From the NCBI GenBank assembly GCA_937138605.1, contig CAKZPH010000147.1:1-41603 (forward strand): DNA of 41,603 bases, in the 5' to 3' direction. This DNA is from an uncultured Ignavibacteriales bacterium (lineage in GTDB: Bacteria; Bacteroidota; Ignavibacteria; Ch128b). Positions within the stretch are counted from its first letter, which is position 1. Every line of letters starts with the position of its first letter. This document shows, one piece after another, positions 30,074 to 40,151 of the stretch. The translations under genes and the position numbers were made by a program. The notes beneath the pieces were generated by a model. It was not told the DNA's origin. It saw nothing but the letters and a program-made list of their open reading frames with translations, and did no database searches.

Positions 30074-30949
30074 ATGATAGTAAGTATGACAGGTTTTGGA
30101 AATGCTGAATTTGTAATGAATGGCATTTCCTATTCTTGTGAAGTTAAAACGCTAAATAGTAAGTTCCTTGAGTTTTCAATCAGGATTCCACGTGTCCATT
30201 TACAAAAGGAAAATGAAATCAGGGAACTTATAAGAAGGTACATTTCCCGTGGTCGTGTTATGGTTTCTGCTACGATTCAAAAATTTGATGGGATTAATTT
30301 ACCCATTGAAATAAATCAAGAAGTAATAAGGTACTTGAATAAACTACTTAAGCAAATCAAAAAAATAACCAAATCAAAGGAACAAATAAAACTCGAACAT
30401 TACCTGAAATTCTCTGAAATCTTTCAGTACAAAGAGGAAGAACTTTCTGATGAAGAATTCCAAAATCTTTACGATTGTCTCGAAATAGCTTTGCAAAAGA
30501 CAAAGGAAATGAAATTAAATGAAGGTAGAGAACTTGAAAAAGATTTATTAAACCGGATCAAGATAATTGAAATTAAAGTTAATGAAATTGAATCGATTTG
30601 GTCGGAAAAAGAAAAAGAAGAACTCGAAAGATTATTAGAAAAAGCAAAGAAATTACTACAAGATGTTGAAGTTAATAAAGAACGACTAGAATTAGAGCTT
30701 GTGCTATTATTAGATAAGATGGATATTACGGAAGAATGTGTAAGATTAAAAAGTCATATCAAATTCTTTATTGAATCAATAAACAGTCCAGAGCCAAGTG
30801 GCAGGAAATTAGGATTCATTGCTCAAGAAATTTTAAGAGAAGCCAACACGATTTCTTCGAAATCCGCAAGTGCTGAAATATCCAAGTGTGTTGTTATAAT
30901 TAAAGAAGAAGTTGAAAAAATAAAAGAGCAAGTTCAGAACATTGAGTAA
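30074..30949 (+). CDS. yicC: YicC/YloC family endoribonuclease
   Basis: SMTGFG, DITEECVRLKSH, GRKLGFIAQEILREANTISSK, KEQVQNIE; precedes gmk. Confidence 0.95.
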   Translation: MIVSMTGFGNAEFVMNGISYSCEVKTLNSKFLEFSIRIPRVHLQKENEIRELIRRYISRGRVMVSATIQKFDGINLPIEINQEVIRYLNKLLKQIKKITKSKEQIKLEHYLKFSEIFQYKEEELSDEEFQNLYDCLEIALQKTKEMKLNEGRELEKDLLNRIKIIEIKVNEIESIWSEKEKEELERLLEKAKKLLQDVEVNKERLELELVLLLDKMDITEECVRLKSHIKFFIESINSPEPSGRKLGFIAQEILREANTISSKSASAEISKCVVIIKEEVEKIKEQVQNIE

Positions 30950-31514
30950 CGAAAAAAAATTAATCGCAATCTCAGCCCCAAGCGGCACAGGTAAGACAAG
31001 CATTATCCAAGAAATTCTAAAATTAAATCAGAATAAATTAATTTTTTCCATATCTGCTACGACAAGAGAAAAAAGATTGAATGAGATTGACGGAGTTGAT
31101 TATTTTTTCCTGACACGTGAAGAGTTTGAGCACAAAATTCAAAATGACAAATTTATTGAATGGGAAGAAATATATGGCGATTATTATGGAACTTTGAAAT
31201 CAGAAATTGAGAGAGCAAAAAAACTTAATAAACATATTCTTTTTGAACTTGATGTAAATGGTAGTCTTAAACTTAAAAAACTATATCCTCAAACAATTAC
31301 TATTTTTATTGCTCCTCCAAGCATTGAAGAACTCGAGAATAGATTAAAAACTAGGAAAACCGAAACTTCAGAAAGTTTGCATAAAAGAATTGAAAGAGCA
31401 AAGATAGAGATGGAGAAGGCTAAACTTTTCGATTTTCTAGTAATGAATGATAATTTGAATAATGCTATAAGTGAGGTGAATCAAATAATTCAAAAAACAA
31501 TTGAAGATTGTTAA
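30942..31514 (+). CDS. gmk: Guanylate kinase
   Basis: SAPSGTGKT, SATTR, DGVDYFF, YYGT, FIAPPS; TTG start. Confidence 0.97.
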   Translation: MSNEKKLIAISAPSGTGKTSIIQEILKLNQNKLIFSISATTREKRLNEIDGVDYFFLTREEFEHKIQNDKFIEWEEIYGDYYGTLKSEIERAKKLNKHILFELDVNGSLKLKKLYPQTITIFIAPPSIEELENRLKTRKTETSESLHKRIERAKIEMEKAKLFDFLVMNDNLNNAISEVNQIIQKTIEDC

Positions 31515-31600
31515 ATATCAATTAGCAAATAAAAAGTTAAGATTTTTTTATATTTGTATTTTAAGTAGAGATTAAAGAATATTAATAATTTGAGGGTACT

Positions 31601-31891
31601 ATGCCGTTAAAACCGCTTGAGATTAAAGAAATAGAAAAACATGCTGAGAGTATCTACGAAGCGATAATTGTAACTGCAAAAAAAGCTCGTCAGATTTCGG
31701 CTGAACAAAAAATCGAATTTAACAAGCGACTTTCGGAGCTTCCACCTCAGGTACAGTTGGATGACCATGAGGAAGTAGAAAATCCTGATTTGATTCGAAT
31801 CAGTAAAGAATTTGAATTAAGAGGCAAAGCAACAGAACAAGCTCTTGAAAAACTACTTCTAGGCGAAATTGTATATAGATATACTAAGTAA
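31601..31891 (+). CDS. rpoZ: RNA polymerase omega subunit
   Basis: SIYEAIIVTAKKARQI; gmk-rpoZ-coaBC synteny. Confidence 0.85.
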   Translation: MPLKPLEIKEIEKHAESIYEAIIVTAKKARQISAEQKIEFNKRLSELPPQVQLDDHEEVENPDLIRISKEFELRGKATEQALEKLLLGEIVYRYTK

Positions 31892-31896
31892 TTTGA

Positions 31897-33105
31897 TTGG
31901 AAATACTTAAAAATAAAAAAATAATTTTAGGGGTATGCGGCGGGATTGCCGCTTATAAGTCCTGTTTCCTAGTTCGTGAACTAATAAAACACGGTGCAGA
32001 AGTTCGCGTTATTATGACACCTGCTGCCTGTGAATTTGTAAGCCCACTTACATTTTCTACTTTATCTCGTAACGAGGTTATAGTTAACATTTTTCCTGAA
32101 AAAAAATCTAATACAGCTACATCAACATGGCATATTGACCTAGCACTCTGGGCTGACTTGTTTGTAATTGCACCAGCTACTGTTAACACGATTTCAAAAA
32201 TTAATTACGGAATTGCTGACAATGCTCTTACAACACTTGTTTCTGCCAGACGCTCACCATTGCTTATCGCTCCAGCTGCCGATGAAGACATGTATAACAG
32301 CTTTGAAAATCAAAAAAACATAAATGATTTAAAGTTAAAAGGTGTATTTTTCACAGAAGCAGAATACGGCGAATTAGCAAGCGGTTTAACCGGATTTGGT
32401 AGAATGGCTGAAGTTGATGAGATATTGAATCACATTAAAAAAATTTTATCAGGGTATCATAAAGACTTGTTAAAAAGAAAAATCCTAATTACTTCAGGTC
32501 CCACATATGAACCCATAGATGTCGTCAGGTTTATCGGAAATAGATCCAGTGGGAAAATGGGACATGCACTTGCTTGCGCAGCATTCTATCGTGGAGCAAA
32601 TGTTACAGTTATAACTGGTCCAACACAGTTAAAATATCCCAATGGAATTAAAGTAATTCACGTTGTAACAGCAGAGGAAATGTATAAGGCGGTTATTCAA
32701 GAATTTAAAAGAAATGAAATTTTTATATCTGCTGCAGCTGTTTCGGATTTTAAACCAAAAATTGTTTCAAAATCAAAAATCAAAAAAAATAGTGAAAAGT
32801 TTTTCATTGAATTAATACAAAATAAAGACATTTTGCTTGAAGTATCGAAATTTAAAAAGAAAAATCAAAAGTTGATTGGTTTTTCTGTCGAGACGGAAAA
32901 CGAAATTGAAAATTCTTTTGAAAAGATGAAAAAGAAAAAATTGCACTTGATTATTGTAAATAATCCTTTGGAAAAAGGCGCTGGTTTTGAAGTTGATACA
33001 AATAAAATAACAATTTTGAGAAAAGATGGAACAGTAAAATCATTTCCATTAAAATTTAAATTTGACATTGCAAACGACATTTTAAATGAAATAAAAGATT
33101 TATAA
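31897..33105 (+). CDS. coaBC: Bifunctional phosphopantothenoylcysteine decarboxylase/synthetase
   Basis: GGIAAYK, HIDLA, APAT, GPTYEPIDVVRFIGNRSSGKMG, AAAVSDF. Confidence 0.96.
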   Translation: MEILKNKKIILGVCGGIAAYKSCFLVRELIKHGAEVRVIMTPAACEFVSPLTFSTLSRNEVIVNIFPEKKSNTATSTWHIDLALWADLFVIAPATVNTISKINYGIADNALTTLVSARRSPLLIAPAADEDMYNSFENQKNINDLKLKGVFFTEAEYGELASGLTGFGRMAEVDEILNHIKKILSGYHKDLLKRKILITSGPTYEPIDVVRFIGNRSSGKMGHALACAAFYRGANVTVITGPTQLKYPNGIKVIHVVTAEEMYKAVIQEFKRNEIFISAAAVSDFKPKIVSKSKIKKNSEKFFIELIQNKDILLEVSKFKKKNQKLIGFSVETENEIENSFEKMKKKKLHLIIVNNPLEKGAGFEVDTNKITILRKDGTVKSFPLKFKFDIANDILNEIKDL

Positions 33106-33116
33106 ATCAACATAGA

Positions 33117-33869
33117 ATGGAAGTTAATCTGGAAAATATTCTCAAAAAAATAGAAGATTTTTTTCAGTATCAGTCAGAATTGAACGTTCCGATTTATCTT
33201 CCTGAAAAATTCTTAGAAATAATCAATCAACAAATAAAACTTAATACTCAATTCATTGATTCTTTTCTATCAAAAATTAGTGAACCATTTGTAGGAGCAA
33301 AATCTCTTTCAGAACTAGATTCATTAATTAATAAGTGTGTTAAATGCTCATTAGGCAATTTGAGAAAGAATTTTGTTTTTGGAGTGGGCAATCCAAATGC
33401 TGATATAGTCTTTGTGGGCGAAGCACCAGGTGCAGATGAAGATGAACAAGGCGAACCTTTCGTTGGGAAAGCTGGAAAGCTTTTAACTGAAACTTTATCG
33501 ACTCTAGGTTTTCGTAGAGACGAAGTTTACATATGTAATATTTTAAAATGTCGACCGCCTAATAATAGAGACCCCCTACCAGCCGAAGTTGAAAAATGCG
33601 AACCGTATTTGCTTAAGCAACTGAGTCTTATCAAACCAAAAATAATTGTAGCACTTGGTAGAATTGCTGGAAACACGTTATTGAAGAAGAATGAGACACT
33701 ATCAAATCTTCGAAAGAATATTTTTAATTACTATGATATTCCCTTTTTTGTAACTTTTCATCCTGCTGCAATTTTACGTAATCCCAATTGGAAAAGAGAT
33801 TTTGAGAAGGATCTTGAAATAATGAAAGAGTTTTATTTAAGTTTAGCAGAGAAGAAAAAAGTTTTATAG
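33117..33869 (+). CDS. Uracil-DNA glycosylase family 4 (4Fe-4S)
   Basis: CVKC, VGEAPG, PFVG, KCRPPNNR, EKC, FHPAA. Confidence 0.94.
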   Translation: MEVNLENILKKIEDFFQYQSELNVPIYLPEKFLEIINQQIKLNTQFIDSFLSKISEPFVGAKSLSELDSLINKCVKCSLGNLRKNFVFGVGNPNADIVFVGEAPGADEDEQGEPFVGKAGKLLTETLSTLGFRRDEVYICNILKCRPPNNRDPLPAEVEKCEPYLLKQLSLIKPKIIVALGRIAGNTLLKKNETLSNLRKNIFNYYDIPFFVTFHPAAILRNPNWKRDFEKDLEIMKEFYLSLAEKKKVL

Positions 33870-33879
33870 TTAAGCTTTT

Positions 33880-35325
33880 ATGGCTAAGTCAAAACAAAAT
33901 AAAATTCAAACAAAAATCACCTTAGATACTCATCAAACTCAATTACCCCATGCCTTTGATATTGAACAAAGTGTATTAGGAGCCGCCCTCTCTGATTCTC
34001 ATTCACTAAGTAAAGTCATTGAATTTATTCAAAATGAAGAAGTGTTTTATTACGAAGCGCATCAAAAAATATTCAGAATAATAAAGGCATTATACAACTT
34101 TGGAACGCAAGTCGATACTTTAGTTGTAGTAGAAGAACTTCGCAGACGAAACGACTTAGAAGAAGTAGGTGGTGCTGCATATATTGCAAGCCTATCAAAC
34201 AATATTTTAAGTCAGGCCTACGTCGATCAGCACTGCAAAATTTTAATAGAGAAATATATGTTGCGTCAATTAATCAATCATTCACTTAGAATTGCGCAAC
34301 TTTGTTATGAGAATCAAAAAGATACATTTGAAATTCTAGATGAAGCTGAAAGTGGAATATTTGAAATTTCTGAGAACAAATACAAAAAAACTTACTTCTC
34401 AATAAAAAGCATTTTACCCTCAACAGTTGAAATCATAAACAAAGCAAGAGATAAACAAATATCAGGTATTGCCACAGGATTTTATAAATTTGATGAACTA
34501 ACCGACGGCCTGCACAATTCGGACTTAATAATTTTAGCAGCAAGACCGGGCGTTGGTAAAACCGCCCTGGCTCTCTCCATAGCAAGAAACATTACTAAAA
34601 ATTTGGAACTTCCGGTAGGATTTTTCAGTCTTGAAATGTCCCTTCAGCAAATCATTTTGCGTTTGCTTTCGATGGAAAGTGGCATAAGTATGCTAAAACT
34701 TCGTTCGAAGAGATTAAATAACGATGAAGAGTTAAATTTAATGAAAGCGATTCGTGCTCTTTCTAATTACAATATTTTCATTGACGATACTCCCGCCTTA
34801 AGTTTACTTGAATTGCGTGCAAAAGCCAGAAGAATGATTGTTGAAGAAGGTGTTAAAATAATTTTTGTTGACTATTTGCAGTTAATGCAAGGACCTGCAA
34901 ACTCAGAGACTCGTGAACGGGAAATTTCTTTTATATCGCGTGGTCTAAAAAGCTTGGCAAAAGAGTTAGATATTCCAGTGGTAGCATTAGCACAGTTAAA
35001 TCGACAGGTGGAAGCAAGAAGAGACAGAAGACCAATTCTATCAGATTTACGTGAGTCTGGTGCAATTGAACAAGATGCTGATATAGTTACATTTATTCAT
35101 CGCCCCGAAACTTCTGTCGAAGAAGATGAAATCAATACTCGTAACCTGGTTGAAATCATCATAGCCAAGCAAAGAAATGGTCCAACAGCAGAATTCCCAC
35201 TCGTTTTCATTCCAAACGCAGCAAGATTCGAAAATCCAGAATTGGATTTTGCATTGAATTACAAAGTCTCGAATCTGGCTGGTCAAAACCAATTCCCCGA
35301 TATAGATAGAGAACCGAACTTTTAG
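33880..35325 (+). CDS. dnaB: Replicative DNA helicase
   Basis: AARPGVGKT, FSLEM, VDYLQLM, QLNR, DLRESGAIEQDAD, KQRNGPT; no intein. Confidence 0.98.
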   Translation: MAKSKQNKIQTKITLDTHQTQLPHAFDIEQSVLGAALSDSHSLSKVIEFIQNEEVFYYEAHQKIFRIIKALYNFGTQVDTLVVVEELRRRNDLEEVGGAAYIASLSNNILSQAYVDQHCKILIEKYMLRQLINHSLRIAQLCYENQKDTFEILDEAESGIFEISENKYKKTYFSIKSILPSTVEIINKARDKQISGIATGFYKFDELTDGLHNSDLIILAARPGVGKTALALSIARNITKNLELPVGFFSLEMSLQQIILRLLSMESGISMLKLRSKRLNNDEELNLMKAIRALSNYNIFIDDTPALSLLELRAKARRMIVEEGVKIIFVDYLQLMQGPANSETREREISFISRGLKSLAKELDIPVVALAQLNRQVEARRDRRPILSDLRESGAIEQDADIVTFIHRPETSVEEDEINTRNLVEIIIAKQRNGPTAEFPLVFIPNAARFENPELDFALNYKVSNLAGQNQFPDIDREPNF

Positions 35326-35453
35326 ATTTTGTTAATCTGATTTTTTGTCAACTCCTCTACATTAATAAAAATTTATAAATAGCTTTGTAAAGTACATACC
35401 TTAATTCTTAAGCTTTTTAATTATTTTTGCATGACATTTAAGCGAGTTAGTGA

Positions 35454-36422
35454 ATGAAAAGCAAAGCAACTATACTTGGAATTGATGTCGGGGGAACCAC
35501 AATAAAATTTGGTGTGGTAAAAAATAATAAGATAATCTTTGAATATATGTTACCAACGTTAGCTTACGAAAATCCAGGTAAAGTTCTTTCACAACTCAAT
35601 ATAGGTGTAAAAAAAATTTTTGAAGTTTATAAAAAGTCTGATTTTATTGGTATTGGCATCGGATTCCCGGGAAAAGTTGATATTGAAACAGGAATAGTAA
35701 CATCAGCACCAAACTTTAGAAATTGGAAGAAAATTCAAGTTAGAAAATCATTGGAGTCGTATAAACTACCAATTTTTATTGATAACGATGCAAACTGTGC
35801 CGCTCTCGGAGAACTTTATTTTGGTTCTGGCAATAATCTTGAAAATTTCATAATGGTAACACTTGGAACAGGCGTTGGTGGTGGAATTATAATCAACAAG
35901 AAACTATTCCGTGGTGAAAGTGGTGGAGCAGGAGAAATTGGGCACATCACAATTGATTACTCTGGACCAAAATGTAAGTGTGGAAAGCACGGCTGTGTTG
36001 AAGCTTACGCAGGTAATAACTACATCAAACAACGAACTATTCAAAAACTAAATGAATATCCTGATTCACTTATATTAAAATTAGTTGATCATAATTTAGA
36101 GGCTATCGAGCCTAAAATAATTAATGAGGCAGCTAAAAAAGGTGATGAACTTGCCATAAAAATTTTAAAGGAAACTGGTTATTACATTGGTATTGGATTA
36201 GCAAATATTGCAAATACTCTCGATATTAAAACATTTATAATTGGTGGTGGAACATCAGGTGCAGGAAAAACTTTACTAGATGCAATAAAACAATCAATTA
36301 AAAATCATGGCATTCATGATATCGTTAGAGACGTGAGAGTTATCCAGGCACGATTAAAAAACAAATCTGGAATCTTTGGCGCTGCATCGTTAGTATTAAG
36401 TTCACAATTATATCAAAAATGA
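35454..36422 (+). CDS. ROK-family sugar kinase (glucokinase-like, no HTH)
   Basis: DVGGT, DNDAN, TLGTGVGGG, GEIGH, CKCGKHGCVE. Confidence 0.93.
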   Translation: MKSKATILGIDVGGTTIKFGVVKNNKIIFEYMLPTLAYENPGKVLSQLNIGVKKIFEVYKKSDFIGIGIGFPGKVDIETGIVTSAPNFRNWKKIQVRKSLESYKLPIFIDNDANCAALGELYFGSGNNLENFIMVTLGTGVGGGIIINKKLFRGESGGAGEIGHITIDYSGPKCKCGKHGCVEAYAGNNYIKQRTIQKLNEYPDSLILKLVDHNLEAIEPKIINEAAKKGDELAIKILKETGYYIGIGLANIANTLDIKTFIIGGGTSGAGKTLLDAIKQSIKNHGIHDIVRDVRVIQARLKNKSGIFGAASLVLSSQLYQK

Positions 36423-38944
36423 AAATTAAAAATTTCCTTATTTTACTTTTTCTCTCATCACTTCACAGTTTTATATATTCTCAATCCGATACAACTGCTA
36501 CAATAGATACAGTCAAAAAAAGATCATCTGTTGATGATATAATTTATTATTCCTCCTATGATTCAATCATCTATGATATTACAAACAAAAAAATGTTCCT
36601 TTATGGTAGATCAGAGATAAAGTATAAAACAATGGAGTTGAATTCTGAAAATATTGATATTGATTGGAACATAAGTTTACTTAAAGCTAAAGGAATAATT
36701 GGTAGAGATTCAATTGATACTGCAAAGACAATCTTGATAAATCCACCAATTCTTAAAGATGCAGGTGAAGAATATCGTGGTACCGAAATTCGTTATAACT
36801 TTCAAACTCAACAAGGTTCAATATCCTATGCTGAATCGGAAAGTGATGGACAAAAATATTATGGTAAAAAAATCAAAAAGATTGAAAGTAAAACTTATTT
36901 AGTATGTGATGGTCAATATACGTCTTGTGATGCCTCTGAGCCACATTATTATTTTTATAGCCCGCAGATGAAAGTTATTCATCAAGAGCAAATCATAGCA
37001 AAATGGATTTGGTTTTACGTAGCAGATATTCCCTTTCCATTTCCTTTACCCTTTGCTGTTTTTCCAAATCAATCAGGAAGGCGAAGTGGGATAATTTCGC
37101 CAGCGTTTGGATATCGTAAGGATTTAGGAAGATATCTTTCCCATCTCGGTTATTTTTGGGCTATAAATGATTACGTCGATTTAGCATTGATTGGTGATCT
37201 TTATTCGAAAGGAGGTTACTCTATTAATTCACGTTTTAGATATGTGAAAAGATATAATTACAATGGGCAGTTAGAATTATCATACGTCGATAACGATTAT
37301 GGAGAACCAACTGATCCAGATTATTCTAGACGGCAGGAATACCGAATTTTTTATTATCACAATCAAGAAATAAGTCCAACCACTCGTCTTAATATCAATT
37401 TAAACTTTTTATCAAATAATTACTTTCAAAACAAAAGCTCATCCATTTCTGAAATTTTAAATGATCAGGTAAATTCCTCTGCAAGTTTCACAAAAAATTT
37501 TGAGGAAAAAGGGATTAATCTTTCAGTTTATTACAGCAGAAATCAAAATCTAAGAAGTGGGAATATATCTGAAGTTTTACCAAGCATTCAGTTATCATTT
37601 CAACCAATATATCCATTTAAAAAAGACATAAAGAAAAAAATCAAAGAAGGTGGATTGCTTGAAGAGGCTTGGTATGAAAAAATAGGAATAAACTACGGCA
37701 CCCAGCTTCTAAATAAACGTGATATAGTCAATCGAAATATCAACATCCGTGGTGGAATAAGTCACAATGCATCCGCCTTCATCTCAAGCAAATTAAAGTA
37801 TTTCAATATTACAAACTCGTTGAGTTATTCCGAATTATGGTATAACAAAAAAATTGAAAAGCTCGCATATATTAACTATCGAGGTGAAGATTCAATTGTT
37901 ACAAGAGATGTCAGAAGAATTAGTGCTGTGAGAACCTTTCGATACAGTACATCAATAAACACCAAACTTTACGGAATTCTTAGACCTGATGCGTTAGGAG
38001 TAACGGCTTTTCGTCACACACTCACTCCCTCTATAAGCTACCACTATCAACCTGATTTTTCAAAACCCTTCTGGGGATACTACGGAACTTACGTTAACTC
38101 AAAAGGAAACATTGTAAAATATTCTTACTATGAACGAGAAATTTTTGGTGGTCCCGGTATTGGAGAAGTTCAAAGCATTGGACTTAATATAGGTAATAAC
38201 TTTGAAATGAAACTGAAACCCTCAAAAAGAGATACAGCACAACAAGAAAGGAAAATTCAACTTCTCAATTTAAGTGGAAACATATCTTATAATTTTGCAG
38301 CAAGTGAATTTAAACTTTCAAACTTGAACATAAACTTTTACACTAATGTGGCAAATTTACTATCAATAAATGGTGGAATGAGTTATGACCCTTATGTATA
38401 TGATCGTGAAAAGAAACAACGGGTAAATAAATTGCTGCTCTCTGAAGGAATCGGCTTTCTTAGACTTTCTGACTTTAATTTAAGCTTTAGCATGTCATTA
38501 TCAGGTGAACAGCTCAAATCAAAAAAACAGACAGAGAAGGACACAATTGAAGGGACTTCTGTAGCAAATCCAGTATTTCAGCAGACGATGAGCCAAAACG
38601 ACATCCCTGATTATACAATACCATGGAATTTATCACTCGGTCTCTCTTATTACTTGAGTAAACCAACACCGGATTTTGTTACTAAAAATATAAATTTGAA
38701 CTACTCTTTAAGTTTCAACCTAACTGATCATTGGAAGTTTTCTATAAATGGTGGATATGATTTTTCAGATAAGGAACTTACTGCTACAGTAGTGAGAATT
38801 TCCCGTGATTTACACTGCTGGAACCTGAATTTTGATTGGACTCCAATGGGGTATTATCGTGGATACAGGCTTGAGATAAAAGTTAAGGCACCACAACTGC
38901 AAGATTTAAAGATTACAAAGCAAGGTGGAATTTACGCAAGGTAA
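36419..38944 (+). CDS. lptD: Putative LPS assembly protein LptD (Bacteroidota-type)
   Basis: Signal peptide, YTSCD..EPHYYF, GRRSGII.P, RHTLTPSISY, C-terminal RDLHCW...KAPQLQDLK. Confidence 0.8.
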   Translation: MKIKNFLILLFLSSLHSFIYSQSDTTATIDTVKKRSSVDDIIYYSSYDSIIYDITNKKMFLYGRSEIKYKTMELNSENIDIDWNISLLKAKGIIGRDSIDTAKTILINPPILKDAGEEYRGTEIRYNFQTQQGSISYAESESDGQKYYGKKIKKIESKTYLVCDGQYTSCDASEPHYYFYSPQMKVIHQEQIIAKWIWFYVADIPFPFPLPFAVFPNQSGRRSGIISPAFGYRKDLGRYLSHLGYFWAINDYVDLALIGDLYSKGGYSINSRFRYVKRYNYNGQLELSYVDNDYGEPTDPDYSRRQEYRIFYYHNQEISPTTRLNINLNFLSNNYFQNKSSSISEILNDQVNSSASFTKNFEEKGINLSVYYSRNQNLRSGNISEVLPSIQLSFQPIYPFKKDIKKKIKEGGLLEEAWYEKIGINYGTQLLNKRDIVNRNINIRGGISHNASAFISSKLKYFNITNSLSYSELWYNKKIEKLAYINYRGEDSIVTRDVRRISAVRTFRYSTSINTKLYGILRPDALGVTAFRHTLTPSISYHYQPDFSKPFWGYYGTYVNSKGNIVKYSYYEREIFGGPGIGEVQSIGLNIGNNFEMKLKPSKRDTAQQERKIQLLNLSGNISYNFAASEFKLSNLNINFYTNVANLLSINGGMSYDPYVYDREKKQRVNKLLLSEGIGFLRLSDFNLSFSMSLSGEQLKSKKQTEKDTIEGTSVANPVFQQTMSQNDIPDYTIPWNLSLGLSYYLSKPTPDFVTKNINLNYSLSFNLTDHWKFSINGGYDFSDKELTATVVRISRDLHCWNLNFDWTPMGYYRGYRLEIKVKAPQLQDLKITKQGGIYAR

Positions 38945-38946
38945 GC

Positions 38947-39423
38947 ATGAGGAAATATTTAATTGATGGAAATAACATTATTCACGCAGATAAGAACCTG
39001 AAAAGCTTATTTGAGAAAGACAAACTTCTTGCTCGAGATACTTTAATTTCATTAGTAAATGATTTCATGCTTAATTCAAAGAACGAAGCGATTATTTTTT
39101 TTGATGGATTTGAGTATGTAAAATCATATTCCCGTGTGGGCAAAAACGTTTTCGTAAAATTTGCAAAGAATCATCCAGCTGATAAAGCAATCCGAATTAC
39201 GATAGACAATGAAAAGAATAAAAAAATTTTAATTGTTGTCTCATCCGATTATGAAATTCAGAATTATGCGAGAATAAATTTAGCTCAGGTTCAATCTGCA
39301 GAAATTTTTCTAAAATCGATTAGCAAATCAAAGAAAACAAACAATCCTAAGTTTGATGGTAAAATTCCCAACAGTGAAATAAGAGAATGGATAGAAATTT
39401 TTGAGAAAGGAAAAGAGAATTAG
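38947..39423 (+). CDS. NYN/PIN-domain protein (YacP/Rae1-like RNase)
   Basis: LIDGNNII, FFDG, ADKAI, VSSDYEI acidic motifs. Confidence 0.82.
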   Translation: MRKYLIDGNNIIHADKNLKSLFEKDKLLARDTLISLVNDFMLNSKNEAIIFFDGFEYVKSYSRVGKNVFVKFAKNHPADKAIRITIDNEKNKKILIVVSSDYEIQNYARINLAQVQSAEIFLKSISKSKKTNNPKFDGKIPNSEIREWIEIFEKGKEN

Positions 39424-39432
39424 TAGTAAATT

Positions 39433-40143
39433 TTATTCTTCTGTTTCTAATTGATTTTTTGATTGTTCCTTCTCAGCCCACTTCATCAATTTGTGTTTGT
39501 GAGAGACAATTTCAGCACTAATCATAAAAATCACATCTTCTGCAATGTTTGTTGAATGATCTGCAAGTCTTTCCACATGTCTTGATAAAATCATAAGATG
39601 AGAAGCTGGTTCAATTAGTTCATGTTTTTCTTTCATCTTATCAATTAAGTAGTAGAAAATATTTTTGTTGTAACCATCAACCACATTATCTTCACCGCAT
39701 ACTTTATTTGCTAATTCAAGATCACGATTAATAAATGAATCGATGGCTTCTTTAAACATTTGTTTGGAGAATTTAACCATATCAATAATTTTTGATTCCA
39801 CTACAAGGTCATAATGATTAATGAGTGGCTTTACTCTTTGAGTTATATTAACAGCAATATCTCCACATCTTTCAAGCTGATTGTTCACCATAAGTGATGT
39901 AAGAATAAATCTTAAATCAACAGCGAATGGCTGAAAGAGAGCTAAAATATTTTCGCATTGAGTTTTAATAAGATTATCATAAGCATCTATTTCTCGATCC
40001 TTTGCTTTGATTTTTTTGCAAAGTTCTAAGTCAGATGTTTCCAATGCTGTTAGAGCATTTTCGACCATTTCATCGACAATACTAGCCATTTTAACAATAT
40101 TAGTTTTAAGTGACTCTAATTCTTGTTCGAAATGTTTTTGCAT
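39433..40143 (-). CDS. phoU: Phosphate signalling complex protein PhoU
   Basis: QPFAVDLR, LERCGD, VERLADHSTNIAE; follows pstB; GGAGG ribosome-binding site. Confidence 0.97.
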   Translation of the reverse strand: MQKHFEQELESLKTNIVKMASIVDEMVENALTALETSDLELCKKIKAKDREIDAYDNLIKTQCENILALFQPFAVDLRFILTSLMVNNQLERCGDIAVNITQRVKPLINHYDLVVESKIIDMVKFSKQMFKEAIDSFINRDLELANKVCGEDNVVDGYNKNIFYYLIDKMKEKHELIEPASHLMILSRHVERLADHSTNIAEDVIFMISAEIVSHKHKLMKWAEKEQSKNQLETEE

Positions 40144-40151
40144 AAATCCTC

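Noticed and set aside
33880-35325. Intein in DnaB
   Set aside because: Normal length; the usual insertion motifs are contiguous.
38947-39423. VapC-type toxin-antitoxin module
   Set aside because: Motifs fit the YacP/NYN family and there is no upstream antitoxin gene.
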